Assembly: GCF_964188315.1 (NCBI RefSeq)
Contig: NC_135673.1
Span: 12,586,001 to 12,650,000 of the forward strand
Direction: 5' to 3'
DNA length: 64,000 nucleotides
Source of the DNA: Podarcis muralis
Lineage: Eukaryota
The position numbers and the translations under genes were made by a program. This document shows positions 61,133 through 64,000 of the stretch, in pieces. The notes beneath the pieces were generated by a model. That model was not told where the DNA came from, did no database searches, and saw only the letters and a program-made list of their open reading frames with translations. How positions within the stretch are numbered: the stretch's first letter is position 1; every line of letters begins with the position of its first letter.

Positions 61133-64000
61133 TAATGAACTTCATAATAACCATGTTTTTCTTCCATCAGAGGGTCTGGGTAGTCCTCAGGGGTGCTCAT
61201 CCTTTTTTAAGAAGGCAGAGGTTGAAAAGGGAGGGGTATGGATGGAGCTGGCATTTGAAAATTGCCAAGGGTAGGGTGAAGCAGCCTCTAGTGAAGGAAC
61301 TGTCTTAAGGGTTGGTCCTTAGTGCCTGTAGCCTTCTGGAAGTTGCTTTACTTGTAGTGGTTGCTGATTGTAGCCATTCGTGTCTAGTCATTACAAGGAG
61401 AGGCAGCTTGGGTCTGGAAAATTGTGTGAATGATCTGAGGAGCTTCAGATACCTGCAGAAACACTGTCTGAAAAATGGGTGTGTGGGCATCTGAACAGGC
61501 TCTGTTGGGGAAGGATTATGAATGTGTAGAGAGGCCAGGTGATGTTGCAGGGCAGGTCACCATGGTATGAGGTTAGCCCTACCCCGCGGCTTTCCACAGT
61601 GTGTAAGCAATTAAAAACATGCGCAAGGGTCGTGAGGCATGCTTCCGTCATGCATGGAATCAGGTTTGGCAAGAAGGCACTTGCCTTACTGGATCTCTGA
61701 AGGGTGCTGGTGACAGGGGCGGGCTTGTTCGTGCCAGCCGGAATTGGCAAATGTGGCCCTGCCTGTGCCTAATGGTGAAATGGGAGCCTGTGCTTTCTGG
61801 AATGAGGAGCAGAAAGTCCAGTTCAGAGACCAACAGGTCAGGAAGCTATTGCTTCTGTCATTTCCAGGAGAGAAAGAAAGATGTTAAAATATGAGTGTGT
61901 GCTTTTGCTCCAAAAAAAGATGTTGAAATGTAACCAGAGCTGAATTGATGCAGCTCTGTCTTGGACAGTGCTTGCTGAGAGACTGAAATAATGTATTTAA
62001 AGTGTGACCTTGTACCGTCTGTAATATTCCAAGGAGGCCAGTGACAGCTGACGCACTACAAAAGACAGGAAAGGCCAGCATGTTACAGAATCAATAGTAT
62101 TATCAGCTCTTTCGTGGGTTCAAGCAGTATATTTGCTGCTGGGTTTGTCCTAGCTGCTTGCTTGCTTTCTCGCTCTCAGTAGTTGGCATGTGTATCTTTC
62201 CAGTAAGAATAACCCCATAGATTCAGAAGTATAAGCTTTATGAGATGAAGGGGATGTGACTCACAATGGCAGAATTATGAACAGAAGTGTTAAATGCTTT
62301 GAGATTCTCAAGATGAGATGCTTTGAAACAGTATTGTTCATGCTTCTAATGATGAGTCTCCCAGGTGTGGCACCTCTTGGCTTTCTCTACCTTTCATCGC
62401 CTTTGCCATTGGATTTCCATAAGTTGTTCTCTTGGTTAAATGGAACACACTAGTCTCTGCACTTAAATATTGTTATTCTTTGCTGAGAGTAGGCTGTGCA
62501 GTTGGTAGAAGCATATTTCTGCTTGGCTGAAGGAAGTCCTGTGAACTCTGTATGAAAGCAATTTCCAGAGCTTGGGTTCCTGCTTTGGATAGGTGTCTTT
62601 TTAATTTTTAGGTAGCTGTTAGTTATGCCAGAGTCTGAAATCCAAAGTTAACTGCATCCTTGTAGATAACAAGAATTACAAATCAACATGATTGTTTTTT
62701 CACTCCTTCTCATTTTGTTGTTTAAAGCTGTGGTTTACAAACTCTTATTTCTGGGATTCCAGGAGCCCCTCCACAAGATTAGTAATTTGGGGGTGGGGGT
62801 GCTTCCTGAAAGATTGGTTAACTAACAAACTATCTTCCCCTGCGATGTACAGCCTTAGGTTTTTGTGGGGCTACAGTGATGCAGTGCATGGTTACAGTGC
62901 ATGGTTACCTTTAGGATTATCTGCAATGCAAATGTATTCTGCACCAGATATGAATGGGGTTCTTTTGCAGACAGATCTGCATAGAAGGTATTCCCTGTAG
63001 AGGTGTGAAGTTTGAAAAACATGGGTTTGCTGCCGGTGAGGGTAGTGTTGTAGTGTTTGAAATTAGCCAGCTGCATTTTGCACCTGCCTGTTGGCCACTT
63101 GCTACCTGACATCTTCACCATCTGGAGGTGCACGCCTGGGGATCATTGGCTCTTGACTGTTTTCACACACCAATACCACATCCTGTAGAATTCTATCAGT
63201 TATATTTTATCTGCACAATCAGAATGAATTTCAGGAACCAAAATGCTTTTTCTGTGCAGCCTGAGCTGAAGCAGTGAACAATGTTATAATTATTTGTAGC
63301 TTGTCTTCACTTACCCCACCCCACTGCCCTGCTCACAGTTGTGAAGAATATTCTTATGTTATGAATGGTCCATATCACCATTAAGAAAAGAGATAGGAAC
63401 AGGCCAGTACATATGTTGACTGTCCGTGGATCAAGTGACTTTTCTTCTTTAAGTTCTCAAAGCTTTTAACCTAGCTCAAGGTTGTATTCTAAACTAGCCA
63501 GATATTTAACTGATAATCAATCAATCATAGTCAGTCCAAAACTGAAAAATAAGACTTTCGAGATATCTTGCCCAAAAATGGCAACTAGACATTCCGTTTT
63601 GGAGACGGAAACCTTGGTTTAAGGAGCCATTTGGTGCCTAGTTTATATATCTGAGTTTCTAACACTAGGTAAGTGTTGTGGATCATTTAGAGTCTATTCT
63701 TCATCCCTTAGTGAATGAAACAAGACATTTTGGGTGCTGTTCTTCCAGGATTTGCCAAGTTGTGAAATCACCATTACTGGTGAATTAAATCAAACCATTG
63801 AGAGTTCATATGAAGGAAAAGAATATTCCACTCCCTGCTGTTTTCTCTATTCAATGAATGAATAGAGTTAAACTGGTATAAAGATGATCAGAATAACTCT
63901 GCTGCCAACCACCGAGGGACATAACCCAGATTGTTCCTTTTATTAAGAGGTCAATGCCTTTTAAATTTGAATTCTGTAACATGCATAGGTCACACAGGCT

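Overview
Vertebrate genomic DNA from a squamate reptile, most likely a lacertid lizard (inferred from Sauria-type SINEs and the CR1/L2/RTE/hAT/Tigger repeat mix; the species cannot be proven from sequence). It is a housekeeping-gene cluster matching the human 9q33.3 block. In order: a CpG-island first exon on the minus strand, probably GAPVD1 (assigned by synteny only); complete HSPA5/BiP (+, 8 coding exons, 654 aa, ends KDEL, triple-ERSE promoter); complete RABEPK (-, 7 coding exons, 365 aa); complete PPP6C (+, 7 exons, 305 aa); and exon 1 of ARPC5L (+), followed by a U12 AT-AC-type donor. Exon lengths, splice sites and phases were checked by hand and sum to intact ORFs. Most other ORF-track entries are noise or transposon remnants. 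I found no prokaryote-type system (CRISPR, defence island) and no true tRNA or rRNA gene. The most unusual part is 51.5-58.4 kb. ARPC5L directly follows PPP6C on the same strand, without SCAI/GOLGA1 in between and without its usual head-to-head partner RPL35, which suggests a rearrangement breakpoint. This interval holds a 125-nt near-perfect hairpin, a CR1 interrupted by four nested DNA transposons, a solo LTR with an intact promoter layout, and a TSD-flanked hAT MITE next to the ARPC5L promoter. Sixteen Tigger-like MITEs are spread across the window; several have interchangeable, asymmetric ends and carry CRE/ETS motifs.
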